The translations under genes and the position numbers were made by a program. The notes under the pieces are model-generated. The model did not search any database. It had not been told where the DNA came from and was given only the letters and a program-made list of their open reading frames with translations. A DNA stretch of 64,000 nt from Eledone cirrhosa (taxonomy: Eukaryota). Below are positions 1 through 12,901 of the stretch, piece by piece. The stretch covers positions 132,742,001-132,806,000 of the forward strand of contig OZ024742.1 in assembly GCA_964016885.1 (NCBI GenBank), written 5' to 3'. How positions within the stretch are numbered: the first letter of the stretch is position 1; each line of letters opens with the position of its first letter.

Positions 1-350
1 AAACCTTGGGTTAAAGACTCACTTACAACTAGGATACTTCGAATACAGTGCTACTGTCTGAAAACTTAGAGGTATTCTATAATTAATGGGTTTGAACGTC
101 TTGAGAGTTAAATCTGGTCGACCGAAACTGTGTTAATACTCATTTCATCTCTCAATTTATATATATATTATTGTCGCATTCGTTTGTTTGAGTGTATGTG
201 GCCATAATCGTCCACAGCTCTGATTTGGTTGACCACCTGGACATTAATATTATTTTCCATATCTGGCACTCATTTTATTGATCTCTATTTTGTCCAGCCG
301 CTAAATTTTGGGATATAAACACGAACACCGTCAAAAAAGTAAACAAGCTT

Positions 351-424
<74 letters not shown>

Positions 425-430
<6 letters not shown>

Positions 431-530
431 GGTGTGCCACACGAGTTGTGATATATTAGTAAAAAGGAAAAGAAAATGATGACAAATTTTTCCCAGTGAA
501 AATGTTGCCACCATTTTCTTTGTCTTTTTA

Positions 531-536
<6 letters not shown>
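425..536. repeat. Short fold-back element (tail fragment of the family at 6597/20183)
   Basis: Imperfect inverted arms TATTAGTAAAAAGGAAAAGAAAATGATGACAA / TTGCCACCATTTTCTTTGTCTTTTTACTAATA between (TA)n tracts. Motif GAGGTGTnnnACACGAGT is shared with ~6634 and ~20630 (rc). Confidence 0.7.
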
Positions 537-573
<37 letters not shown>

Positions 574-579
<6 letters not shown>

Positions 580-920
580 ATACTTTGGGAGGGTCATATT
601 GTTGTAATAATATTGCCAGAAAAAATAATAACAGAACACAGTCACTGTTTGGTTGGTTGGATTTCGCTTCTGTATCTTTTATATCTCCACAGTTAATTAA
701 TTTGGTCCTCAATGTTTATCATTGACTGACCAACGGTCAAAAATACAGATATAATATAGATATAAACACATATATTTGTCTAACAAAGTTATTCGGTTGC
801 ACATCTGCAACATCATCAGTGGTACTATTATGTTCCTCCTATTGTATTGTATGTCTACGTCATTTTTATTTTATCTGCTTATTTATTTATTTATTTTTGT
901 CTTCTTCTCTGCGCATGCGT
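574..920 (-). mobile_element. Solo PLE pseudo-LTR with degenerate hammerhead (781-824)
   Basis: The rc ends in TGACCCTCCCAAAGTATAACAA-(TA)n like the PLE terminus at 13030-13052. Contains CTGATGA-T-GTTGCA..TGCAAC-CGAATAACTT. Homologous to 54360-54665 and 14975-15430. Confidence 0.75.
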
Positions 921-951
921 TTATATATATATATATATATATGAGTGTGTA

Positions 952-1025
<74 letters not shown>

Positions 1026-2259
1026 CGCGTGTGTTTCTTTATGCGTGTCCATACTCTATTTTGAGAAATTGTAATGGGATTGGCTGTCAGAGATTTTAAA
1101 ATATTTTATAGAATATCTGGCTTTCATCGTACTCGAGGTGTTAAGATTATTTATTTATTATTGATTATGTTTTGAAAATTCCCAATATGTTGGCTGTGTT
1201 GTAGTGATAATAGCCCGTTTTTATAATTCAAACAAAACATGATTTTCGATAAAAATTGCACTGAACAGATTTGAGATTTAATCATTGAATTTCTTGTTTC
1301 CATTTCTTTCCACCATTTCCCCTCCTGGTGTTAATCAAACATATACATTTTTTGTTGTTGAATGACTGTCACATATAACGTGGGACACTTTTTTTCATTG
1401 TCACACAGAATGAAGCAAGAAATGTAGAATTCTCATTAGCTTGAGAGTAATTTCTGTTTATTTCTGTGTATTTGGGATTTTATATTTCTGCATATATATG
1501 CCTACGGCTGTGCATATTTATGTGTAAATGCAGAGTATTTGCATATGTATGTGTAGCCAGGATACGTGAAATGCTGATTGTTTTGTTTTTATTTCAATCA
1601 TATTTTGTTTACTGGCTCTGCCACAATTTAATTAAACATAGCGAAATCTCATTAAACTTTGTTATCGTAATGTAAATTATCAACACTGAGAATATTGTTT
1701 ACTTTCATTATTGTTTTTTTTTTCTTCTAATTAATTAAATAAATCATTTTGACTTGCTAAATACATTCAATACAATACTAGGGAATAATTAATGGCTTCT
1801 TTCCATCACATCTGTAAATATATTTGGTCGAAATGGCCGAAATATACGTAAACATACATACAGAAAAATAATGTTGAAAATGATATTTGAATTCAGTTGT
1901 TTTTCTCAATCATAATCCTGCTTTCATGAGGTTGATTTGTGTTGGGATGGCTACATTTCGAATTTAATATTTTCTCAGTTTTTTAAAATCGATCGGATAT
2001 CTATATTTCTATCAACAGGCATAACGTCTTGCAAAATACAGTAACCAGTGTCCCTAGCGTAATGGATAAGGGAATCCCTCGCTTCCTATCGATGTGGAAT
2101 TCAAGGCCTCCTAGGTCCCACTATCGACAATCTACTGGCTTTTGGGTATTTTACCCGATTTTCTCAAATGTTATATAGTGATAGACTACTACTATTATAA
2201 TAACTTAGTTGAGCCGAGTACATTTGTCACACCCACACACACAAACACACGCGCGCGCG

Positions 2260-2310
<51 letters not shown>

Positions 2311-2501
2311 ATATATATAGTTTTGCGTCTGTGTGAGTATGCAGGTTCGTACGTATGTAGGGTGTGTGTATTGTGTACTTCATGTTTTGGTTGACGTCGT
2401 CTCCGAACGTTTGTGTATTTACATATAGGTATGTGTGTGCGCTTGTTATATACGTATTTATTTATTTATATACGTTTATTTAATTATTTATTTATTTGTA
2501 T

Positions 2502-2585
<84 letters not shown>

Positions 2586-2739
2586 ATTTATACGTGCGTG
2601 GTTTTGTATACCTATGGCAAGTGTTTTCCCGTATGCTTGTGTATGTACGTATTTGCATGCGTGTATGTATTTATTTGTATTTTATTTACTTTATTCTTAA
2701 CTCTGAAGCAGAGATTCATTCGGTTTCCTAGTTAGAATT

Positions 2740-3010
2740 TTAGTCTAGGACTTCAGCTATACCATTTACGTGGTTTTGTCTTTGCGTGCAATTGTTCTCC
2801 ACGCTCCACATATGACGTATTATCTTCGTTTTTTCCGTTCATTGCCAGAGAACGTCTCTATGAACCACCTAAGAGAACATTAGTCTACGACTTCTTTTAT
2901 ACCATAAACGTGGTTTTGTCTTTGCGTGTAATTGTTTTTCACCGCTCCTATTAATGACGTATTATATTCGTTTGTTGCCGTTCTTTGTCAGGGAACGTTT
3001 CCACGAACCA
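2740..3010. repeat. Two tandem ~140 bp units
   Basis: TAGTCTA(G/C)GACTTC..TATACCAT..ACGTGGTTTTGTCTTTGCGTG..AATTGTT recurs at ~2741 and ~2881. Confidence 0.85.
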
Positions 3011-3486
3011 AAGTATCGTCTGCCTGTCTTCCTCCGGTTGCAACGTTTTTTGAAATATCCACTTCTGCGTTTACAGATTGACTTTGATAGTTACAGAAGA
3101 TCCCGTTAAGGGTGAAAGCAGCGATTCTTTGCTTAAACTTTAAGCTGTTATTTTAATAAATAAATATATATATTATATATATATATATCATAAATCATGT
3201 CCTGAGAATTGTTAGATAAAATATATACCATTTCCTCACCCAATTAGCATAATTAACCATATAAAAAATCAATTAGACCAAGCTATAAGAATAAAGACAC
3301 TTATGAAGAAATTTCCGACAAATAACCGAAAGCGGACTCTTCGCGGTGGCCCCAATAGAGTATTTATCCAACATTTCAACAGCATGTAGAAACTGACTAA
3401 ATATACCATCAACCATACACAATTTGGTGCAAATTCAAACTTAGAAGAAATGTGTACATACAGTAATTATATCTCAGACACCTGAC

Positions 3487-3517
<31 letters not shown>

Positions 3518-3597
3518 TTCGTTTCTGAATTTGTTTAGCAAGATTCTTTATTTATGGTGCGTGTGTTTCTTATTGGCAACATGACCTCCCTAAGTAT

Positions 3598-3603
<6 letters not shown>
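3518..3603 (+). mobile_element. Minimal 5'-truncated/inverted insertion of the 8656-13052 PLE family
   Basis: 3518-3550 is the reverse complement of 9033-9065. 3556-3603 matches the pLTR terminus GGTGCGTGTGTTTCTTATTGGCAACATGACC..GTATAACAA. Inserted in (TA)n. Confidence 0.85.
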
Positions 3604-3672
<69 letters not shown>

Positions 3673-4472
3673 GTCAGGTGTCTTCCTATGACTGGTACCA
3701 TGTAGCCCAGTACAAACTGTATCATAATAAGGTGGTCAGCGACTGAACCGGCTTTCCTACCAGACTCATGTCTGGCTAGGAGATTAAATCGAAACCAAGC
3801 ACCACAAAAACTAGAGCTGTCAAAGGGTGGATGAACTCCACAAAGTCAATGGCCATCCACCTTAACTATGGGCTAAATAGCCTCATCAATTTGCAATTGA
3901 CCAAGGATGGTGAGTACGGCTTCATCCACCGGAGAGATTAAACTCCATCACAATAACATATGCGATCCTTGTAACTGTCCTCTTATCTGGATTTGGCTTC
4001 TCACTCGACATATATTTTCGGGGAAGGTGTATATGTTATGTGTGTATCCCAAACCCATAGCATTGCCATCTTTTCGTGCAGATATATCTTCGCAAGATGT
4101 AGGGTGTTGGAGGAGTGGCAATGTGTACAGACTCGACGGGTTAGAAGCACATAGTTGGAAATCAACACGTAGGCGGCTCGAGACTTATGCTAACGTCGCT
4201 GAACTTTTACCATGAAGAGCAACATAACTTGGCAGAGTCCTCAGCGTCTGAGCAGCCATTTTTGGAGACGCACTGCACACTTATGCAACAAGAGAAAGTT
4301 CTAGAAAAAGTGACGTAAACATAGCCTGTTCAATCATCAAACTAGCCAGCAGTTTGTATTTGGTGGTTGGTTCTAATAGCAGGGAATTCGTTGAAGGGTT
4401 GGCCCTCTTCTGTGAAGTGGCAGTTATCGCATACGCATACACACATATAAAGGCATATACCCATATGTATGT

Positions 4473-4530
<58 letters not shown>

Positions 4531-4532
4531 TG

Positions 4533-4563
<31 letters not shown>

Positions 4564-5222
4564 TGGACATTTGATGCAAGCTGCGGGAAACAATGCTATT
4601 GACCAACACCCTCCCCGACACTCCATTTATATATCGTAATATTTCAGTCTGACGTTACGCTCATCGAGTGCTTGAGTCTCCGGAAAGCGAGGGATCTGAC
4701 AACGGGATGTATTATGTAGAGCTAAATCAAATGGGGCGCTAGCGAGGAGCACGTCTACCATGATTCCAACAATTTCGAACCAGTTAAACTATAACAATAC
4801 AACATCTACGCTATAAACTCTGGTTTATACCATAGGCCTACAGGCAGCTATTTCTTTACTTTTTAATTTTCTTCAATATAAATTATTTTGTTTATAATCA
4901 TCTCTTTCCCAAATATCTATATTCTTTAATATAACCTGTCCTTTTGTTCTTAATTAATTAATTAATTAATTAGTTTATTTATTTTATTTTTATCCATTTC
5001 TTATATAGTTAATTTATGGCATCGGTTATAATATTCATTCTGTTGCAGACCCGTGGGCAATATGGGTTTGGCGAGGGGGAGATGGATGTCAGAACTATTA
5101 TAGCATCTGCTGTCACTACTACTACAACAGCTACTGATAGAGAGGGGAGGGAGAAAGGCTACCAACCATTTTCACTACTTCATAAACTGACCCACACTTC
5201 CGCCAAAATTCGTAGGGTCATA

Positions 5223-5272
5223 CAGGGGCCGGCCGTCGAAGAAACAATACCATGCGTTCGGCCGGTCCCCTG
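5223..5272. mobile_element. 50 bp MITE-like element, TA flanks (Tc1/mariner-type)
   Basis: TA|CAGGGGCCGGCCG ... CGGCCGGTCCCCTG|TA. Confidence 0.45.
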
Positions 5273-5580
5273 TATCATGAAAAGAAAATCTTTTACGGGG
5301 AAATTATTGGATTTTCGCCAACTTAAAGGTTTCTTAGGCACTTTCAATGTTTATTTTAGTTTTTGCCGTCGGAAGAGCGCAGGCTATCATAACTCAGTGA
5401 AATATGTATAAAGGAGTTTTAAATAAACCTGAATCAACTGAATATGGCCCCCTACCTTATATTAATACATAATGCCTCGACTTGTACCATTTATACAGTC
5501 ATTAAGCGCTTCTCTTTATCTGCTTCACAAATGACAGACTATAATGAGGTCCACACATCTCTGATCGTTAACTCCATGAC

Positions 5581-5843
<263 letters not shown>

Positions 5844-6504
5844 TATATATAGTACATTATGAAGAGAGAAGAAACATTAGATATAATTAGTAATGAGATA
5901 AATCATACCTAGCTGGGTCTTCAGGCCTCGACTACGTAGTTTTGTGGCATATTATGCAAAAACACTAGATCATAGAGATATAGAGTTTTTGTGAGGTTCT
6001 GGCGACTTAACAAGGGGATACCTCATTAAGGATTTTAAAACACGTCTGCTATGCGCGAGATAGAATTTCGAAAAGGCGCAGGGAGAGTCAATCACGTGAT
6101 ACAGCGGTCAAGAAACAGAGCTAAGCCCCTTATAACCCTGAAAAAAATACCACGGAGGCGGAGGGGGTATTCATATCAAAGCCGTAGAAGATGTGGTTTG
6201 AGGAGGCGAGAAGTATGAGTAATGGTAGCTATCCAGCAGTCACTACACTACAAAGGTTACTCGACCAAAGGGAGTTATAAACAATATATAGAGAGAAACA
6301 CACAGATACATGCGGACACATACATATACATGAATATGTCCACAGATATCCCTTCTCTCTTCATAATGTACTTTATAGCTCTGATACTGAATCAGTATAA
6401 TCCATTCGGGTAGTTCTGTCCCAGTTATTCACAGAGCAAATCAGTTGAGGTTGGCACCACTAAAACAGGGATATGTGTGGATATATTCATGTATATGTAT
6501 GTGT

Positions 6505-6591
<87 letters not shown>

Positions 6592-6596
6592 TATAT

Positions 6597-7890
6597 TGGA
6601 AAGTGAGGTTTTTTTTACAAAATGAAAAATAACCGAGGTGTCCTACACGAGTGGAAGTATAAAGAAAAAGGGATGAAATCGAAAATGCAACTGAAGTCTT
6701 ATTTTTTTTTTTTTTTTTTTTTTAAATATATATATTTATTTGGTTCCTTTACCGGTTTCGCAGTTCTTCTGCTTTTCAAAAGGTGAGTTGAGATGGAGGG
6801 TCTGTGGTTTTTCTCACATCTGGTTGGTCTCTAAATGTTACTTGTTTTATATGGAAAAAGTGGCTCGAAAACCAGGTTTTTCGAGAAGTAATTTGATTGG
6901 TTTGTCAATAATTATAATAAATTTCGCGCCAGTTCGCGTTACAATAGTTCTTCAAATAAGAGAGGGGGGGGTGTCACAGGTTGATTTTTCATATACGAGT
7001 GTTTGAATTTCTTTTTACTTGAAAAAATGAGGCTCACGAAGGCTTTTTTTTGGTTGGTTATGAATGAAATTTGGCTGTCACGTGAACAAGTTTTCATTAC
7101 ATTTTTGCGCCCTTATTTGGAAAACTATTCTGTAGTCTTTATAGTGAATGTTATGACAATGGAGAGATAGTGGTCAAGGGAAAAGGGATTGGGAGAAATG
7201 TTCTGGTTCAGTGAATATGGCCAGCTATCAGAGTTCAGCTGTCAGAGTTCAGATTTTCTATTGAGACTGAAGATATCTTCAGTCTCAATAGAAAATCTGA
7301 ACTCTGACACCTGAACTCTGACAGCTGGCCATATTCACTGAACCAGAACATTTCTCCCAATCCCTTTTCCCTTGACCACTATCTCTCCATTGTCATAACA
7401 TTCACTATAAAGACTACAGAATAGTTTTCCAAATAAGGGCGCAAAAATGTAATGAAAACTTGTTCACGTGACAGCCAAATTTCATTCATAACCAACCAAA
7501 AAAAAGCCTTCGTGAGCCTCATTTTTTCAAGTAAAAAGAAATTCAAACACTCGTATATGAAAAAACAACCTGCGACACCCCCCCTCTCTTATTTGAAGAA
7601 CTATTGTAACGCGAACTGGCGCGAAATTTATTATAATTATTGACAAACCAATCAAATTACTTCTCGAAAAACCTGGTTTTCGAGCCACTTTTTCCATATA
7701 AAACAAGTAACATTTAGAGACCAACCAGATGTGAGAAAAACCACAGACCCTCCATCTCAACTCACCTTTTGAAAAGCAGAAGAACTGCGAAACCGGTAAA
7801 GGAACCAAATAAATATATATATTTAAAAAAAAAAAAAAAAAAAAAAATAAGACTTCAGTTGCATTTTCGATTTCATCCCTTTTTCTTTAT
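6597..7890 (-). mobile_element. ~1.2 kb near-perfect palindrome plus unique tail; HHR-bearing PLE-type fold-back insertion
   Basis: Arms ~6659-7275 and 7276-7890 are reverse complements centred on GAAGAT|ATCTTC. The same spurious ORF appears on both strands (6740+, 7808-). Unique tail 6597-6658. Both ends abut (TA)n. Confidence 0.9.
7765..7802 (+). ncRNA. Minimal type-I hammerhead ribozyme, U3-A8 variant (mirror copy 6746-6783, -)
   Basis: CCTT-TTGAAAA-GCAG aagaa CTGC-GAAA-CCGG-TA/AAGG: stem I CCUU/AAGG, stem II GCAG/CUGC, palindromic stem III ACCGGU, GUA cleavage triplet. Confidence 0.75.
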
Positions 7891-7907
7891 ATATATATAT
7901 ATATATA

Positions 7908-8583
7908 TGGGTAAATATCTTTAAGTCGTTTGGAAGCCTCGAAAATGCAAATGGGTAAATCTCCGGGTAACAAGATCCGGTGGTGGAGAGAGAGATGTAA
8001 GTGGGTGTACGTTGAGATGCGTGGTGTGTATAAGACGTGTTGAGGAATGAAGGAAAGAGTATAAAGGATAAAATAAAAATAACAACACGAGAGAGAGTTA
8101 CCTTGGGAGAGATTTAATTGTCCCTCTATATTTCGGATTCACATCCATCAACTGGGGTTTTTTTCCGGGGTGGGAGAAAGGTTGTCTGACGGAAAGGTGC
8201 GAAACGCGTCCTCCGCTGTTTGTTGTTTTGAACAAACAGCGGAGGACGCGTTTCGCACCTTTCCGTCAGACAACCTTTCTCCCACCCCGGAAAAAAACCC
8301 CAGTTGATGGATGTGAATCCGAAATATAGAGGGACAATTAAATCTCTCCCAAGGTAACTCTCTCTCGTGTTGTTATTTTTATTTTATCCTTTATAGTATT
8401 TCCTTCATTCCTCTACACGTCTTATACACACCACGCATCTCAACGTACACCCACTTACATCTCTCTCTCCACCACCGGATCTTGTTATCCGGAGATTTAC
8501 CCATTTGCATTGTCGAGGCTTCCAAACGACTTAAAGTTGTTGACCTATTATTCCACAATGTTTCAAGCAAACTTCAATACTCT

Positions 8584-8585
<2 letters not shown>
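7908..8585 (+). mobile_element. ~630 bp palindrome plus 50 bp tail with degenerate HHR
   Basis: Arms ~7919-8224 and ~8231-8536 are reverse complements. Motif TTGAT-GGAT gtga ATCC-GAAATATAG at 8303-8329 (core partly deleted). Tail 8536-8585 ends at (TA)n. Confidence 0.85.
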
Positions 8586-8658
<73 letters not shown>

Positions 8659-8812
8659 CATGTAAATAAACAAATAAATACACGAATATAAACACACACA
8701 GACACCCGGATGTGACGCATGATCCGACTGAGCACACAACACACACACTCAGAAACAAGATGGCATAGGACAGAACAAAGGAGAGGCACACAAACAAAGA
8801 AAAGAATCCCCA

Positions 8813-8855
8813 GTCACTGAAGAGGTCACATAATGTGTGAGGAAAGGACTTTGAC
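8813..8855 (+). ncRNA. Hammerhead ribozyme motif in 5' pLTR
   Basis: GTCA-CTGAAGA-GGTCACA taatg TGTGAG-GAAA-GGAC-TT/TGAC. Stem I GUCA/UGAC; one mismatch at the base of stem II. Confidence 0.6.
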
Positions 8856-9117
8856 AATATATAAACAACCATCTGGTTGTGGAACCAACCAACCAACCGG
8901 AAATTTATAGATTCCTAAATTTATAAATTTAGTATAATAAATTGAAGTGAAAGCGACTGGTGCGTGTGTTTCTTATTGGCAACATGACCCTCCCAAGGTA
9001 TAATAATATCGGTTTCAATACACGTTTTCAGATAAAGAATCTTGCTAAACAAATTCAGAAACGAAATATCGTAAGCCTTAGCCAGGCTAACAAGATACTG
9101 AAAACCACCATGTTCTG

Positions 9118-12100
9118 TTGTCTACGAAAACAATAACATCTCGACAACTACACTTCATAAAACAATGTGCCTCGTCCCGAGTTTACACCAACACCATCAA
9201 CACCGATGTAAGAAGTTTACAGCTCACCAAAAAGCAAGCAGATAGGCTAAAACGAACACTAATTCTAAACATAAAAAAGAAGATCTATAGAATATTAAGT
9301 CATCAAGAAAAACATAAGCGTAACCTAATACAAGAAATAACTAAGATCACCACACCAAGAGAAAAATTAATATTTATAAACCTTATAAGTCCTGAAGAGC
9401 AGTACATTGTTCAAGATAGAGATAAGCACTTTAACAAGAAACTAAAGTGGCTTAAACAGATAAAACTAAATCAAGATACTTTAGAGAATACCAATAGATA
9501 TACCGACAAAATTGACGGTATAAATATGGCCGACGTCTCACTAACAGATGAGTTCAACAACAACAACACAAATATATACGGCAACACTACGGTCGACTCT
9601 GATGAATTATCTGTATTACAACTACCACCTAAATATGCGACATTCAAGAAGGTAAATATGATTAGTTGTTTGTGAGAAATAGAAAAATCATTTACAAAAT
9701 TACGTTGGAGCCTCAAAAACAAAAACAAAAACAAAAGTAACAACATACGCACACACACATATACAACACACATCCCAACAACAACAGACACACAGACACA
9801 AACAACAATAAAAACAACACACACATCAACAATAATAACATACTCAGAAACAATAACAGACACGCAGACACAAACAACAATAACAACACACACAACATTA
9901 ATAACATACACGGACACAACAACAACTACACACATCAACAACAGCACACATCAACAACAACAACAACAACACACACATTCAATGCCTCTCACCACCACCA
10001 CAATCTTAAACACACAGACACAGAAAACAGGTAATGGCAGTAGCACAGAAATAAGGGAAGGTAATAGGATTGAAAGGAGTAGGGAGATTATGGACAGAGA
10101 AAATAACCACGACGAACACACTGACACACAAAACAGAGTAGATAATAACAATGAGCCAGAGGAAAGAGACAGGAGTAATAATGAGAGACATAGAAACAAC
10201 CATGAGGCTGTTGGTGGAAATAGAAATAGAAACAACACAACTAACAATAACAATAGCAGTAGTAGACATAAAGCAGCAGCCTGGAACTCTACTTTTTATA
10301 ATCCCTCCGATAAGTCGTTCGACCTACGACGAGTCCACGCCACGACTTTAGCTTTTAACAAACGCACGCAATTGCCGTCGCAGGTCGATGAAAAAACAGA
10401 AGCACAATTTAGTATAGCTAGATCTAAACTTAGAAATATTATAGAACAGTATAGCTAGAAGCATAATAAAATGGAGGCCCAGTAACTGGGAGAAAAATCT
10501 GCAAATGGCTTGCGTAAGCTCAATCAGCGGTCGCGTAATGGAGAGATAGCATGGTTTCCAACAGACAAGTCTGGCAGAATGTCGGTTGACAGTCTGCCAA
10601 ACTACATCCAGGCAATGCAACCCCACATCACTAACACAAGAGAAGTAACACCACAAGAGCAGGAGGATAGAGAAAAAGCCCTCAATGCCCATATGGTGAT
10701 GTGGACAAATATAATGCAGCCCAACAAAAAGACTGCCAACAATTTCCAGGCCTGGAACAATGACGTGCCAGCGTTGTATGGGCTTCGAAAAGACCATAAA
10801 ACGGGCAGTGACCCTGTCACGGGACCACCAACACGTCCAGTCTGTGGAGCTAACATTGCTAGTAACTACAGACTGTCGTAGTTCCTCTTCCTGATCATAC
10901 GCCCCATCATTGGAATGTCTCCAGATGTGTGTGACAATACGGAGGACCTCCTCAGCATAATTGGCAGTAGTAACCGATCTAGGGACCTAACAAACTGCAT
11001 AATAGGTAGTATGGATGTTGTGTCCCTGTATCCATCTATTGACGTGGATTTTGCTGTGGAGAAATGCGTAGAAATGATCAGTGAGAGCAATGTTGAGTTC
11101 CGTGGGATTGATACCAGTGAGCTGGGACTCCTACTTAAACTTACCTATAGTAATAATTACCTACACATATGACCTTAGCAACCTGTGCCCTACAAGACCA
11201 GCAAGAGGCAGAACACCTACCATTACCTCAATGGCCAAGAAAACCCACACATATAGATGGAACGGTTGGACCAGAGCCATACGGACCACGAAAACCACGA
11301 TGAACTAAAGAAAATGATTGCACATGCGGTGGGGGCCAGCATCAAATTAACCCTTAAGGAACATATGTTCAAATTTAATGGAAAAACATATGCCCAAGAG
11401 GAAGGAGCAGCCATTGGTGTTAGCATTACAGGCGACATGGCTAACTTATTCATGGTATGGTCGGACAGTAGACTTAAACTTAAACTTAAAGAACAATTAG
11501 AAGACCCCTTAACCCTGATAATGTACTCCCGCTACGTTGATGATATAAAGATCGTAGTTAAAACACCCCCACTAGAGAACAGTCAAGAATTAGAGAAAAA
11601 CACAATGGAAAGCATCCAGCAAATAGCTAACTCCATCCACCAGAGTATTAGAGTTACTATAAACTACCCAAGTAAACACCTCAGCCATCGATTACCTGTA
11701 CTAGACACAGAGTTCTGGTTAGATACCATTAATAACAAAAACAAATCCTCCATTCCCATTATGCCAAACCCATGACTTCCAAATATCTGATCCACCGAAA
11801 CTCAGCTGTTTCGGACCGTACCAAAATCACCATACTGATTGCGGATTTGGTACGGGTGATGAGAAACGTGTCCCGCATGTGCAACCCCGAAGAACTAGAG
11901 AGACACATACAACACTTCATCCACCGTATGCAGTTCTCTGGTTACAATCAGAGAGATAAAATCAGAGTGTATAGAGGAGCCAGAACCAAATGGAAAAAAC
12001 TGGTAAATAATGACACAAATGGGACCTGCCTCTTGTATAGGAGCAAATTTTGGAATAGAATAGAAAGAACTAGGAATAAGGCTAATAGAATAAACTCATG

Positions 12101-12662
12101 GTATGATAGCAATAAATACCAGAGTGTAATGTTAATCGATACAACCCCTAGACGTGAATTAGCTTACACATTTAGAAAGGCCCTAGGTAAACATAAACTC
12201 AATATTAAGATAGTAGAGAGACCACGGACCTCCATAAAAACACTTATTAGCAAGACATACCCTTGTCAAAGACCCCCCTGTATAGATAAGTAATGTATAA
12301 CCTGTAAATTAAGCCCCCATATTAACTGTAAAACTAGAAATGTAGTATATAGCATAAGATGTACTGAAGGACAATGTAGAGACACAAATATAGTGTACAT
12401 AGGTGAGACAGCTCGTAGTATAGGGGAACGGATAAACGAACACTGGCGAGCCCTTCAAGATAGTAAAGAATCATCTGTACTCTACCAACATGCTAAAATA
12501 GAACATAAGGGTAAATTAGAGACCATAGAAATAAAAATAGAATCTACACACAGAAAAGACGCAATGTTTAGACAAATCACAGAGGCAGGAAACATAAAAG
12601 AATTACAACCAAAATTAAATAGAAAACATGAGTGGAACAGCAACCTCACAACTTACAATTAA
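9118..12662 (+). pseudogene. Disrupted PLE RT + GIY-YIG endonuclease ORF
   Basis: ORF pieces 9118-9675, 9982-10458, 10510-10881, 10915-11172, 11257-11775, 11772-12293 and 12393-12662 are collinear, separated by in-frame stops and at least 3 frameshifts. Confidence 0.9.
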
Positions 12663-12858
12663 AGACAAAATCAAAACACACACGCACATAGAACAAACAA
12701 CCAACCTGTAACATGTAAATAAACAAATAAATAAACGAATATAAACACACACAGACACACGGATGTGGCGCACTCGCAGACTGAGCACACACACACCGAA
12801 ACAAGATGGCATAGGACAGAACAAAGGAGAGGCACAAAAACAAAGAAAAGAATCCCCA

Positions 12859-12901
12859 GTCACTGAAGAGGTCACAGAATGTGTGACGAAAGAACTTTGA
12901 C
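12859..12901 (+). ncRNA. Hammerhead ribozyme motif in 3' pLTR
   Basis: GTCA-CTGAAGA-G-GTCACA gaatg TGTGAC-GAAA-GAAC-TT/TGAC. Confidence 0.7.

Noticed and set aside
2049-2123. tRNA gene
   Set aside because: A-box and B-box-like words are present but no convincing cloverleaf; at best a decayed tRNA-derived SINE head.
3684-4330. Possible ancient RTE 3' fragment on the - strand
   Set aside because: Only faint motif resemblance across frameshifts; cannot be supported by eye.
6740-7808. Duplicated 88/93 aa ORFs on opposite strands as a gene pair
   Set aside because: Consequence of the palindrome; no recognisable protein and a non-ATG start.
9673-9675. In-frame TGA in PLE ORF as selenocysteine (as reported for Naiad PLEs)
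   Set aside because: The same ORF has TAG/TAA stops and frameshifts, the endonuclease is C-terminal, and no SECIS was recognised. Simple decay explains it.
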